Shown: positions 19,403 to 29,437, counted from the first letter of the stretch. The stretch: 64,000 nt of DNA from a virus (IMGVR_UViG_3300029288_000060:160001-224000), one strand, 5' to 3'. Numbers and translations: made by a program. Notes: generated by a model not told the origin, from the letters alone.

Positions 19403-20299
19403 TTACCTGTCACCACTCGGAGTTGCACCTGTAGCACTAGTTGCTGGTCCAGCAGCCCCACAATTTTCATTTATTTTAGAACCATCCATATTAACTGGAC
19501 CACCTGCTAATTCATTTATATTACCTCCTGCTTGTATATTTACATTTCCGTCTCCTTTGTTATTTATATTTCCTGCTGCGTGTAAATTAATATCTGCCCC
19601 TGCTTTAAAGTGAATACTATCAGCAGCTTTCATATAAATACTTCCATTAGATTTAATATGAATATCTGACTGTACGGAAATTTGTAATTTCTGATTCTCC
19701 ACATCAAAATTTATATAATCCCCTTTGTGACTTCTAAATAAAATTTTTTCCTTGCCTGCTCTTTCATCAATTAAAATTGTTGTTTGATTGCCATCAATGG
19801 TATAAACAGACGATGTATCACCAACTGGTGGCGATGACAATTGTCTCTTTTTTCCAGTAATCTCAACTCGCTCATCAGAGGTATCATCAGAAATTACTAT
19901 CGTTCTGCCAGAATGACTTTTATATATAACCCATTTTTTTTCTGGACTACCACCCAATTGACATTCTGGTAAAACTTTTGTATTTTCTAAATCTAGTCCA
20001 CATAAATAATATGGTTTACTTGGGTTTTCATTTTCAAAAAACACCAATACCCAACTTCCTATAGGAGGGACATAACATGACCCAGCATAAAAATGTTGTT
20101 CATTTCCACTAGCATTTAAACCTGATATTGGATTATTTGCAGGTCTTGCCCATGCAACCTCATTACCAGTAACACCTGGCATAGTATCAGGAATTTTAAC
20201 CCTAACTCTTCCATGCATCTGGGGATCTTTATTATCAGTTACTTCTGCTCTAAAGAACCCACTTAATTTAGATTTATCTTCTTTTTCAGTTCCCATCAT
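19403..20299 (-). CDS. Baseplate hub/spike protein (T4 gp5/VgrG-like OB fold + beta-helix, no lysozyme domain)
   Basis: AEVTDNKDPQMHGRVRVKIP, VPPIGSWVLVFFENENPSKPYY; C-terminal 8-residue IxxxAGG-type repeats. Confidence 0.88.
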   Translation of the reverse strand: MMGTEKEDKSKLSGFFRAEVTDNKDPQMHGRVRVKIPDTMPGVTGNEVAWARPANNPISGLNASGNEQHFYAGSCYVPPIGSWVLVFFENENPSKPYYLCGLDLENTKVLPECQLGGSPEKKWVIYKSHSGRTIVISDDTSDERVEITGKKRQLSSPPVGDTSSVYTIDGNQTTILIDERAGKEKILFRSHKGDYINFDVENQKLQISVQSDIHIKSNGSIYMKAADSIHFKAGADINLHAAGNINNKGDGNVNIQAGGNINELAGGPVNMDGSKINENCGAAGPATSATGATPSGDR

Positions 20300-20311
20300 A
20301 TCTTTATATTC

Positions 20312-21208
20312 CTATTTAAAAAATAACTTTGAAATTTCAATAATTCTCAAAAAACTATCCTCATTATATTTTGAAATGTATGTTGGAACTATATTAGATC
20401 CTTTCATACTGATAGATGTCATGATACAAATAAATCTAGCAAAATCCTCAAGAGCAGGTAAAAAACTTATTCCTGTAGTTCTAAAAAATTTACTAGTAAA
20501 TGAATATTTATCAATTCCTGGCATAACACCAAAATCAGATAATGATTTAATAAAATTTTCAATATTAGTAAAATCAAAAGTGTTTAGTTTATCTTCAATA
20601 TCACTATAATTAAAAGAAGATACTGCTGATGCTAATTTGTAAGATTTATTTCCTGTAACTCCAAAAAATGATGACAATACATAACAATTAACTAGAAAAT
20701 TCAAAATACCAATATTTGATGAATACATTCCTAGTAATCCATATTCTTTTCCAAATAAACCAATTATCATACTAAAAAGGAAATTAGCAATAGGAATAAA
20801 ATTGTTGGTTTTAATTTTTTGACTGGATTCAATTAAATTTTTAAATAGAATACCATAAACTAATTGAGTATATATATTTTTCGGATCTGGTTCTGTTGAA
20901 TAGATATCATCTACATTAAAGGGAGATAAATTTAATATAATTTGTTTTGTAGGTTTATTATATGAAACATGTAAATTATATGAAGGATGATTAATAACAG
21001 CAACTATTTTTCTTTTTTCAAGATCAGAAATTAACTTATAAACTTTATCTTTGGTATAATGATTAATCCTATTTTTATTTAGTTCTAAAACAATAAAAAT
21101 TTTTCTTGGACCATTTGATACTGAATAACTTTTTATTTCTTTTGAACTTAAAGTTAAAATATTAGGTACACCTTTTAATAAAATAAAATTTTCTTTTATA
21201 GTTACCAT
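20312..21208 (-). CDS. Hypothetical protein, probably virion-associated
   Basis: 298 aa between two baseplate genes. Confidence 0.7.
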   Translation of the reverse strand: MVTIKENFILLKGVPNILTLSSKEIKSYSVSNGPRKIFIVLELNKNRINHYTKDKVYKLISDLEKRKIVAVINHPSYNLHVSYNKPTKQIILNLSPFNVDDIYSTEPDPKNIYTQLVYGILFKNLIESSQKIKTNNFIPIANFLFSMIIGLFGKEYGLLGMYSSNIGILNFLVNCYVLSSFFGVTGNKSYKLASAVSSFNYSDIEDKLNTFDFTNIENFIKSLSDFGVMPGIDKYSFTSKFFRTTGISFLPALEDFARFICIMTSISMKGSNIVPTYISKYNEDSFLRIIEISKLFFK

Positions 21209-21597
21209 TCAATTTTCTCCAATGTATCAACATCATCTTTTTTACTAAATTTATCATCACAAATTTGAATTATAGATTCTATTGTAGGTAAAACAACTTT
21301 AGAAACATCAAAATCCTCAGGAGAAAAAACACCATTTACATACATCAATAAGTACTCAAGTGTGACAACACCGTATTGATCATAAGATAATAACCAAGGT
21401 TTTCTGATATATTTTGGTTCTAAATCAACCTCAATAGAATTCTTTAAAAGAAAAAATAGATTTTTTTCAATTGTCCATAAGGAAGGTGAAGTAAACGTAT
21501 ATATCCCATTTGAAGTTTGATATCGATCAGCCATAAAATCAAGATCAAGTGGAATCCTAATTCTTTGGTTTACTTCAGCATCAATAGTTTTTGACAT
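21202..21597 (-). CDS. Baseplate wedge protein (T4 gp53-like, LysM-like)
   Basis: KYIRKPWLLSYDQYGVVTLEYLLMYVNGV matches the gp53 RPxxxSxxxYGxxxxxWxxxxxN pattern; near gp5. Confidence 0.7.
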   Translation of the reverse strand: MSKTIDAEVNQRIRIPLDLDFMADRYQTSNGIYTFTSPSLWTIEKNLFFLLKNSIEVDLEPKYIRKPWLLSYDQYGVVTLEYLLMYVNGVFSPEDFDVSKVVLPTIESIIQICDDKFSKKDDVDTLEKIEW

Positions 21598-21598
21598 T

Positions 21599-22207
21599 TT
21601 ATTTAACCATTTCCTCCAAACCAGGATAATTATCTGCAGACCAATTACAATTATGATCAGTTATCGACAATCTATTATTAATAATTTCTAAATCCTCTTC
21701 ATCTAAATATTTAGAATATTCTTCTAAATATGCAGTAAAATTACCTTTGATTAAACTTTTAGGAATATTTAAAAACCCATTATGAAATTTTTCGTGGATT
21801 GATGAAACTAAAACAGTAAAACCTATCCAATTTTTAAAATGTAATTCAATGGTTTTCATTGCAATATCAAAACTACAAAATGGTTCTTCTTTTTCTAATT
21901 TTTCATTTACTAAAGATTTCACAACTGTAAATAAACTAACTGGATGATGATGTATCTCAATTCCACACTGATCCATTCTTTCTTCTGTTATAGCACAAGA
22001 TTGGATTTGTAAAACATCAGTTATATAATTTCTCCATAATTTATATTCTAAACAACCTCGAATCAATTTTTCACAATTCTTTATAAATTTATTATAACCT
22101 GCTTCATCTTCAAAATTTTGAATTCTCAAAGATAAATTAAATGGATAATTATCACTATATAATTCTAGTTTTTCTACATTACTTTTAATTTCATTTTCTT
22201 CTGTCAT
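21599..22207 (-). CDS. HNH-like protein
   Basis: SCAIT..IEIHHHP..HEKFHNG pattern. Confidence 0.5.
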   Translation of the reverse strand: MTEENEIKSNVEKLELYSDNYPFNLSLRIQNFEDEAGYNKFIKNCEKLIRGCLEYKLWRNYITDVLQIQSCAITEERMDQCGIEIHHHPVSLFTVVKSLVNEKLEKEEPFCSFDIAMKTIELHFKNWIGFTVLVSSIHEKFHNGFLNIPKSLIKGNFTAYLEEYSKYLDEEDLEIINNRLSITDHNCNWSADNYPGLEEMVK

Positions 22208-22208
22208 T

Positions 22209-23240
22209 TTAAGAAATCCTCTTTAGGTAATTAGATATAGTTTGTTTTGATTCTCCTACAAGTTTTTTAATTGAAACAGATGTTTTAAAGAATGGACTAG
22301 ATGCTCTCTTGATATCTTCTAATTTTTCATATACTTTTCCTTGTTCTTTACCAAGGGATGAATAAATGAATTGGTATGAAACAGTGGAACATAATCCATG
22401 AAATTCTTTCATACAAAAAATAGCTCGTTTATTTACATCATCCATAGCAACAAATGAATTCCAACCTAGTTTATGAAGTTTATGAATTCCTCCTGCATTC
22501 TTAAAAAATTGACTATCAGTCATGTCTGCATAATTTAATAAACAAAAAACAAATCTTTTATGGAATGTTGATGCCCATAAAATATCTTTTTCTGGATCAC
22601 CAGTTATAACTCTATCTTTTAAAAATGGTACTCTTAGTCCTCTACATAATGACCAAAAAGATCTAATTACTTTTCTATAAATTCGTAAACCTAAAACATC
22701 AAAAAACTTCATAGATGCATCTACCGTTAATAAATCTGCCAAGGAATAATCATCTTTTGATTTAACTGGAACTGGTATAACTTTAACACCGATTATTCTT
22801 GTACCTGTTGTGGTTGTGACTATTGTATAAGTAGGTTCTAAGGAAAGATTTTGATCATCAGGCATATCAACTCTAACTGTTCCTAAATCTCTAAGACTTC
22901 TTGTTGTATCTAATGCAGTTTGTATACTTGAAGATTTCTTTTCTCTTTCATATTTGTCCACATCCATAGCAAATTTTATTTTTTCTCTTTCTTCTTGTTC
23001 TGGAGTCTTCATCTTGTCTTCTGATAAAACATTACTTGATTCATTAGCAGTTTTTGCCACAATACTCGAAGCTGCAGCTGCAGCAAGTTTACCACCAACT
23101 TGTAAAATTTTTAACCCTGTTATTTTCATAATTGCATCTAATTCATATATTAAAACAAATCTTTCTAGAGCTTTACACACTCCAGGAAGTGCATTTAATG
23201 ATACACTCTCATCAGTAAGCATAGGAAACACAACAATCAT
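22209..23240 (-). CDS. Hypothetical protein, possible internal virion protein
   Basis: 343 aa, GGAGG RBS; L/I-x-E-type motifs (ANE, LSE, VGE). Confidence 0.7.
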   Translation of the reverse strand: MIVVFPMLTDESVSLNALPGVCKALERFVLIYELDAIMKITGLKILQVGGKLAAAAASSIVAKTANESSNVLSEDKMKTPEQEEREKIKFAMDVDKYEREKKSSSIQTALDTTRSLRDLGTVRVDMPDDQNLSLEPTYTIVTTTTGTRIIGVKVIPVPVKSKDDYSLADLLTVDASMKFFDVLGLRIYRKVIRSFWSLCRGLRVPFLKDRVITGDPEKDILWASTFHKRFVFCLLNYADMTDSQFFKNAGGIHKLHKLGWNSFVAMDDVNKRAIFCMKEFHGLCSTVSYQFIYSSLGKEQGKVYEKLEDIKRASSPFFKTSVSIKKLVGESKQTISNYLKRIS

Positions 23241-23269
23241 TTATTTGTCCTCCAATTAATAATTTAAAA

Positions 23270-24241
23270 TCATAACAAAAATATAGATTCTTTTTTTGTT
23301 TCTGGTTGAATTTCTTCAAAAGAAATATCTATTTGTTTTTCTTTAATTTTTTTCTCTTTTTTACTATAAGGTTTATTCATTTTTGATTCATCTTTTTCAC
23401 AATATGATACATAAGGACACCATTTACATTGTTCCATATTTGAATTTATTGGTTCTGGTACTATTTTTGTATTAACACAATTATGTAACAAAACTGCATA
23501 TTCTAAAAAAGAAATAGCAACTTTATCATCAATAGGTAAATCAATAGTGTAAGGTCTTCTTTTTAAATTATCTCTAAAAAAATAAACTAATGTTATAGTT
23601 TTAATATCATAATTATATTCTGTATTTAATATATAAGCATAAATAATTGGTTGGTAATAATGTTCTGTTATATATTTTCCAGAAAATTTTGATTCATCTA
23701 ATGTTTTAAATTCATATAAAACTTTATCATTAATTGCATCACATCTGCCTTTAACTTTATATTTTTCACTTACTATTGTTTTTTCTATTTCTGTAAAATT
23801 GTATATTTCTTGTACATAATCATGGACTGTATTACCAACTGCATTAATCAAATCTAAATATGCAAAATTAAATTGTTTCTTTAAATCAGTAGAATACTTT
23901 AATCTTGAATAATATGATTTTCTTAAACAGTAAAATAATTCAGATACAGATATATAAGGTCTTTCATAACTTTGTAATTTTTTATAATTATCTATTAGTT
24001 TTGATCTCATTAATGTTTCAAATTTTTCAACATCAAAACCAACGGAATTACTTGAAAGTTGAGGAGTGTCAAGACTAGTTTTTTCTTGGCACTCCTCAAT
24101 TATTTTCTTTGTAGAAGTAAGTTCTGTTTTCTTTGAAATATCTTCAAAGCTTTTAATTTTGTTTATCTCATTTTTTTTAGTTTTAAAACTAGGTCTGTTT
24201 TGTTTATCTAAATAAGATAACAAAATTTCATATTCATTCAC
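23270..24241 (-). CDS. Cas4-like PD-(D/E)XK exonuclease (solo)
   Basis: SVSELFYCLRK, GNTVH, KGRCDAI..YEFKT, QPIIY, C-terminal CKWCPYVSYC (Fe-S ligands). Confidence 0.85.
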   Translation of the reverse strand: MNEYEILLSYLDKQNRPSFKTKKNEINKIKSFEDISKKTELTSTKKIIEECQEKTSLDTPQLSSNSVGFDVEKFETLMRSKLIDNYKKLQSYERPYISVSELFYCLRKSYYSRLKYSTDLKKQFNFAYLDLINAVGNTVHDYVQEIYNFTEIEKTIVSEKYKVKGRCDAINDKVLYEFKTLDESKFSGKYITEHYYQPIIYAYILNTEYNYDIKTITLVYFFRDNLKRRPYTIDLPIDDKVAISFLEYAVLLHNCVNTKIVPEPINSNMEQCKWCPYVSYCEKDESKMNKPYSKKEKKIKEKQIDISFEEIQPETKKESIFLL

Positions 24242-24277
24242 ATACGCCCTCGCTATATTATTAAATCATTTTGTAAC

Positions 24278-25065
24278 TTATACTAGTGCAGCCATTGCTT
24301 CTGGTAAACTCTTTCCTGTTGCATTTGCAAGTCTTTGTCCAAAACGTAACTTTAAAGCATGTAAACTAGATGGATTTAATTTACCTGCAGCAGACAACGA
24401 ATTTCTTTGGTTTTTGAACATACTTATTATAGGTTTTACAAAAGGACCTGTTATACCTTCATCAACAATTTCTTCGTCATCTACTTTTTTTTTATTTCTT
24501 CATCAACATCATTTTCAAGAATATTCATTGCTGCTTCTACAAGATTATCCCTTAAAATTTTATAGGCGTCTTCAATGATTTTTCCATTCCAAGTATTTAG
24601 TTTATTAATTTTCTTTGATTCAGTAATAGCCCGACCAATTAAAAGATTATCTATAGCTAATGAAAATGCTTTTGTTCGAATTTTTTCCTGGACAATCTTT
24701 TCAATATCAATCTTGTTATTTTTTATCTTAGAAATAGATTCACGTAATTCAGTTTTGACACTTTTTCTTCCTTGTTTTGAGGTTACCAACTTTTTACAAT
24801 TTTCTCTTGCAATAATAGCACTTTCCCTTGCCATTTTTCTTAAACCACTAGCATCTACCTTTTCAGTCAGCGTAGATGGATTATGTTTTACTAATTTATA
24901 CATTTCAATAACAAGAGACATTAAAGCACCTTTTATTGAAAAATACTCCTCTACAAAAACAGGGCAACAAACGTTTACCTTAGATACAGGTTTACCAAAT
25001 AAAACATAATCTAATGAATAAAAATTTTCAAGCACTCTGATCTTTGATTCTTTTTTCAATTTCAT
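24278..25065 (-). CDS. Hypothetical protein: 194 aa (24481..25065), extendable to about 262 aa by a -1 shift at A9 (24485-24493)
   Basis: Ends ATA AAA AAA AAG TAG; the -1 frame stays open for 68 codons (VDDEEIVDEG..EAMAALV*) and fills the gap to the next gene. Confidence 0.7.
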
Positions 25066-25096
25066 TTCTATCCCTCCGTAAAGTTATTACTTTTTT

Positions 25097-25396
25097 TTAT
25101 TCTTTTGGTCTTATTTTGAAAGCTGATTTTTCATCATCAATAATTTCAATAAAAATATCTTTCTTATCACCTGTAAATTTAGTGTTCTTAGCTGCTATGG
25201 TAATAATTTTAATTGATTCTATACATCTACCTTTACGACCAATTATTTTTCCAAAATCAATTGGATTGGCAACTATTTGGACTAGAATTGATTTTGTTGT
25301 TGATGTAACTTGAATATTTACTTCATCTGGTTTATCAACAATTTCTTTTACTAAATACTCAACCAATGTTTTTATTGATTCTGTTATTTCATTCAT
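25097..25396 (-). CDS. khpA: KH-domain RNA-binding protein (KhpA/UPF0109)
   Basis: LVEYLVKEIVDKPDEV..DFGKIIGRKGRCIESI (GxxG loop). Confidence 0.88.
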   Translation of the reverse strand: MNEITESIKTLVEYLVKEIVDKPDEVNIQVTSTTKSILVQIVANPIDFGKIIGRKGRCIESIKIITIAAKNTKFTGDKKDIFIEIIDDEKSAFKIRPKE

Positions 25397-25433
25397 ATTA
25401 AACTCCTTATTCGAAATTCATATTTTTACTAGA

Positions 25434-25451
25434 TTTATTATTTGTTCTTAG
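25434..25451 (-). promoter_or_regulatory. Putative phage promoter motif B
   Basis: CTAAGAACAAATAATAAA; identical 18-mer at 39756-39773. Confidence 0.55.
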
Positions 25452-25501
25452 AATAAGTTAGAATCAGTATCTCAAGTTTGTTTCTTGTAGATACAGTATT
25501 T

Positions 25502-25690
25502 TTATTGTAAAGGTTCATGTAATTTTTTATATGTCTTTGTTTTAAATAATTTACTAAAAAAACCAACAGGACCACTCAACAACCATTTTGCAAATTCAGG
25601 ATCTAATTCTTCAAGTGTTCTCGCTCCTGCTTCCCATCTCTTATTAAATTCTTCACTCGTCAATTGTAGAGGTGGCGGTACGAATCCCAT
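25502..25690 (-). CDS. Hypothetical small protein
   Basis: 62 aa, AAGGAG RBS. Confidence 0.6.
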   Translation of the reverse strand: MGFVPPPLQLTSEEFNKRWEAGARTLEELDPEFAKWLLSGPVGFFSKLFKTKTYKKLHEPLQ

Positions 25691-25712
25691 ATAATTCTCC
25701 TTAATATTTATT

Positions 25713-27206
25713 TTACTTCAATTCTTTTTCTAAATCCATTAGTGCTGACCATAAAGAAGGAATTGTTTTTTCATGTCTTCCTTTTAAATAAAAACTTTTT
25801 CCACCATCTGCAATAGTTCTTACAAGTATTGTCTTCCATGGTCTAAAAAAGTTTAAAGGTTCATCTTTCATAGGTAATGAATTTATATTTTCTGGTAAAT
25901 CATGTAAATCACAAACCAATGTGGTAAAATTATTTAACTTCTCTGATTTTTGATTACTTACATTTCTTGACATACTCAATGCTTTTAAAAAAACTTCTGG
26001 AGCCATTGTTGCGCTACCAAAACTCATCAACACTCCATTTTCAAGTTTACTTACATGATTTGTAAATTTTAAAAAATCAGTGTAGGACATTTCTCCAGTT
26101 GCTGCACCATTAAAATTTGGATGTTCATGAATAATATCATATCCGATTCCTACATGAACAGTTATTGGTATATTTAAACTAAAACATGTACCAAAAATAC
26201 TAAGTTTCTTATTTGGGTAATTTGATTTCCAAATTTCTTTTCCTACAGCTTCACCAATTCCAATATATTCTTTTTTTAAAAAACTTTTATTTATAATTTC
26301 GTTTATATTTCCAGTTTCTTTCCATAAACCAAATTGTCCATCTGATATATATGTTGATACATTCTCTGATGTTGCTCCAATTAAAGAAAATTCATAATCA
26401 TGAATAAGACAGGCCCCATTTGTAGCAATACAAGTTATATAACCCCTTTTTAATAGATCAATAATATATTTTTGCATGCCAGTTTTTATAACGTGAGCGC
26501 CCATCATAAAAATAATTTCTTTATGTTTTTTCTTTGCTTTTATAATCTCAATAGCAACAGTTCTTGTATCATTATTATATAAACTAGTTTTTGTTAACTT
26601 TTTTATATTAGATAAATTATAATCATGTTTTCTTTCTGAAAGTGATTTTAGAATTAACTTATCTCTATTAAATAAATTATTTTCTTTTCCATACCATATA
26701 TATTCTAATATATCTTGCCAAGTTTTCGCTAAAAAATCTGGTTTAATAGAAAAATTTTCTACAGAATTATTATTAAATAATATAGTTTTACAACCTGCAT
26801 TTTTTCCAGCTTCAATATCTGTTAATCTATCACCAATCATATATGATTTTGTCAGGTCAATTTTATATTTTGAGGATGCCCAGAAGAACATTGTAGGTGA
26901 AGGTTTTCTACAAATACAATGTTCTTCTGGTTTGTGTGGACAATAATAAACAAAATCAATTTTTATATCATGTTCTTTTAAAAGTGAAATAACTTTAAAA
27001 TGTACAGCTTTAAATTGTTCTGATGTTATTTTACCTCTATTAATACCAGATTGATTACTAATAATTATCAATTTAAACTTTGTTTGTAAAATTTTTAAAG
27101 TATCTATAATTCCTGGTATAAGATTCGCATGGTCTGGATTACTTAAATAATTCAAATCTTCTATTATTGTACCATCTCTATCAAGAAATATTGCACGATT
27201 AGTCAT
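25713..27206 (-). CDS. gmhB: Fusion of heptose-1,7-bisphosphate phosphatase (GmhB, HAD) and a deoxyhypusine-synthase-like domain
   Basis: N-terminal FLDRDGTI, ISNQSGI, CPHKPEEHCICRKP, MIGDRLTDIEAG. C-terminal MMGAHVIK..IATNGACLIHDYE..IGYDIIHEHP..FGSATMAPEVFLKAL. Confidence 0.85.
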   Translation of the reverse strand: MTNRAIFLDRDGTIIEDLNYLSNPDHANLIPGIIDTLKILQTKFKLIIISNQSGINRGKITSEQFKAVHFKVISLLKEHDIKIDFVYYCPHKPEEHCICRKPSPTMFFWASSKYKIDLTKSYMIGDRLTDIEAGKNAGCKTILFNNNSVENFSIKPDFLAKTWQDILEYIWYGKENNLFNRDKLILKSLSERKHDYNLSNIKKLTKTSLYNNDTRTVAIEIIKAKKKHKEIIFMMGAHVIKTGMQKYIIDLLKRGYITCIATNGACLIHDYEFSLIGATSENVSTYISDGQFGLWKETGNINEIINKSFLKKEYIGIGEAVGKEIWKSNYPNKKLSIFGTCFSLNIPITVHVGIGYDIIHEHPNFNGAATGEMSYTDFLKFTNHVSKLENGVLMSFGSATMAPEVFLKALSMSRNVSNQKSEKLNNFTTLVCDLHDLPENINSLPMKDEPLNFFRPWKTILVRTIADGGKSFYLKGRHEKTIPSLWSALMDLEKELK

Positions 27207-27268
27207 TAATCTTTTACCTTTAATATTGATTGCCCTAATCCTATAAACATCTTTCAGATTTCAATCTA

Positions 27269-28723
27269 TTAAATATTTAATTCCAATTCAGTAGTTTCCT
27301 CTATTTGAGTTGAATTTGCTTTATTGAAAACTCCTTCAAAACTATATTTATCAAGAATCTCAGATTGAATTGTTTCTTTAACAGCTTTATCAAAGCCCTC
27401 TTTAAAAATCAAATTTGTTCTGTACACTTCAGGAAAGTCCTTAGTCCTCATTTTCACGGTTGGTAAGTCCACCAAATAATTCCACGCTCCTGTAGCCATT
27501 CTTTTATTATCTACTAAAAATTTGTAATTTGTGTGCAGATTGCTAAAACCTGTAACAAAATTACCAGCAATACTAATTTTGATATTCGGAGAAAATAATT
27601 TATTTTTGACACAATGTACTTCTGCAAAATAACCATCAAATCCTTGTTTTTCTATTGTAGTGGATTCTTTAGCTTTCATTTCTAATAAGTGAAAAGCATT
27701 AAATTTTAAAGCATTTCCGCCAGGCATAGTTTTACCTTGAGACATATACTTTAGTTCTTTTGCTGGCGCAAAGTTGCCAATACTGATTACATCTCTTAAC
27801 TGATTTACTGCTATTAAACAAATATTATATGTTGCCAATTTAGCAACATATTTTGGAATTAACAATGATAATAGTCTACCCTTATAACCAATTACTGAGT
27901 TAATATCCTCCACTTCTCTTTCTTTTTGAGTTAATGTATTTGCAACAGAATCCCACAAAATAATTGAAGGTGTGTCAATAATACCTTTTAATTCTTTATA
28001 TAAACACATTCCTTCAAGAAATTTAAAAACTTTTTCGACTGTAATATCATTATAAGGTTTTATTTTTGGATTTCTTACTCCTAGATTTGAACATCTAATT
28101 GTGGTGGTAGCTTCTTCTGAGTCTAACATTGAAACTAAAATATTACCGTTATATTTCCTCTGTGCCGCCCCCATAACCTGAATCGCAATCATTGACTTCC
28201 CAGAACCAGGATTTCCAGTTATGACTTCCATAGCGCCAATTGCAAAACCACCACCCAATATTGCATCTAACAAATCTATTCCTGTAGGAATAGTTTCTTT
28301 GATTCCTGTATCAGATTTAATATCAGTTTTATCTTCTAAAAAACTATTAAACTCCATATATAAATCTTTAGTTTTTTGATCCATACCATCAGAAATTTCT
28401 TCATCAGTCATTTCATAGTTAACTTCTTTTGGAGTAGGAATATCTTTTTTGACCGTTCCTGGTTTTCTTCCTGGTTTTTTCTTTTCTGGAGGTGGAGGCA
28501 CTTCTGCATTATATTTTTCTTTATCTTCCGCTGAAATATCTATTTTGAGCGAGCTAATACTTTTATTTATTTCTGCTAGATCTACTTCTGGAAATGGTTC
28601 TTCCGTATTTTCAGAATTCTCTTCATATATTTCTTCGTTCTCATTTACTATTTCAACTTCTTTGTTCTCTTTTTCTTCGTTATTCTCAATATTCACATTA
28701 TCTGTAATCAATTCTTCCATCAT
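27269..28723 (-). CDS. RecA/UvsX-like recombinase with a long acidic N-terminal extension
   Basis: IPTGIDLLDAILGGG, GNPGSGKS, LDSE, WDSVA, VNQLR, PGGNALKF, VKNK. Confidence 0.9.
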   Translation of the reverse strand: MMEELITDNVNIENNEEKENKEVEIVNENEEIYEENSENTEEPFPEVDLAEINKSISSLKIDISAEDKEKYNAEVPPPPEKKKPGRKPGTVKKDIPTPKEVNYEMTDEEISDGMDQKTKDLYMEFNSFLEDKTDIKSDTGIKETIPTGIDLLDAILGGGFAIGAMEVITGNPGSGKSMIAIQVMGAAQRKYNGNILVSMLDSEEATTTIRCSNLGVRNPKIKPYNDITVEKVFKFLEGMCLYKELKGIIDTPSIILWDSVANTLTQKEREVEDINSVIGYKGRLLSLLIPKYVAKLATYNICLIAVNQLRDVISIGNFAPAKELKYMSQGKTMPGGNALKFNAFHLLEMKAKESTTIEKQGFDGYFAEVHCVKNKLFSPNIKISIAGNFVTGFSNLHTNYKFLVDNKRMATGAWNYLVDLPTVKMRTKDFPEVYRTNLIFKEGFDKAVKETIQSEILDKYSFEGVFNKANSTQIEETTELELNI

Positions 28724-28731
28724 AATCTCCT

Positions 28732-29145
28732 TTACCTTCCTAGTTCACTGACTAAATTACCAGTTATTTTATTATCGTTTTCTTCAATTTTTTGTTCTAC
28801 TTTTTCCTTTTCTTTTCTTAAACGATCAACTTTTTCAGCTAACTTTTTAATATCAAATATTCCTTCTATATCATCCTCATCTTTACCAATTATTTTTCTT
28901 CTTAATTCAAATTCATCTTTAGTAACTTTAGATATCTCTTTTCTCATATCTAGAATTGTTTTAAATAACTCAGTAACTGTTTTTATCTTTTCTTCAAAAA
29001 ATCTCATATATCTTTTATCAAGAGAATCTGGTAAAATTGTATTAACTTTATCTTTAAATTTTTCCAAATCTTCAATCATTTTCTTCAGAGCATTTCTTTG
29101 CTCTGAAAATTCTAAAATCAAATCATCAAACTCATCTTCTTTCAT
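28732..29145 (-). CDS. Hypothetical coiled-coil protein
   Basis: 137 aa, K/E-rich. Confidence 0.7.
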   Translation of the reverse strand: MKEDEFDDLILEFSEQRNALKKMIEDLEKFKDKVNTILPDSLDKRYMRFFEEKIKTVTELFKTILDMRKEISKVTKDEFELRRKIIGKDEDDIEGIFDIKKLAEKVDRLRKEKEKVEQKIEENDNKITGNLVSELGR

Positions 29146-29155
29146 TCTTAATTCC

Positions 29156-29437
29156 TTAAATAATTTCTTTAGAATTTACATCATGAACTAAACAAACTTT
29201 TTTACATTTTAGTGTTAATTTAATATTTTTTAAATCATCTATTTCAGTTTCAAACCAAGATAACATCTTAACTTTTCCAATTTCAATTTTATCTAATTGC
29301 TCGTCAAAGGGCTTTAGTTCCATGTTACAATTTATATAATTTTCAATGTCTGTGAAATCTCTTGGTTTAATTTCTAAACTATCATACCAATTTTTTAATT
29401 CATCATATGTTCCATATAAAATCAATTCTTCTTTCAT
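29156..29437 (-). CDS. Hypothetical protein
   Basis: 93 aa, within the operon. Confidence 0.6.
   Translation of the reverse strand: MKEELILYGTYDELKNWYDSLEIKPRDFTDIENYINCNMELKPFDEQLDKIEIGKVKMLSWFETEIDDLKNIKLTLKCKKVCLVHDVNSKEII

Noticed and set aside
23270-24241. CRISPR-Cas system
   Set aside because: No cas1/cas2 or effector genes and no regularly spaced repeat-spacer array seen.
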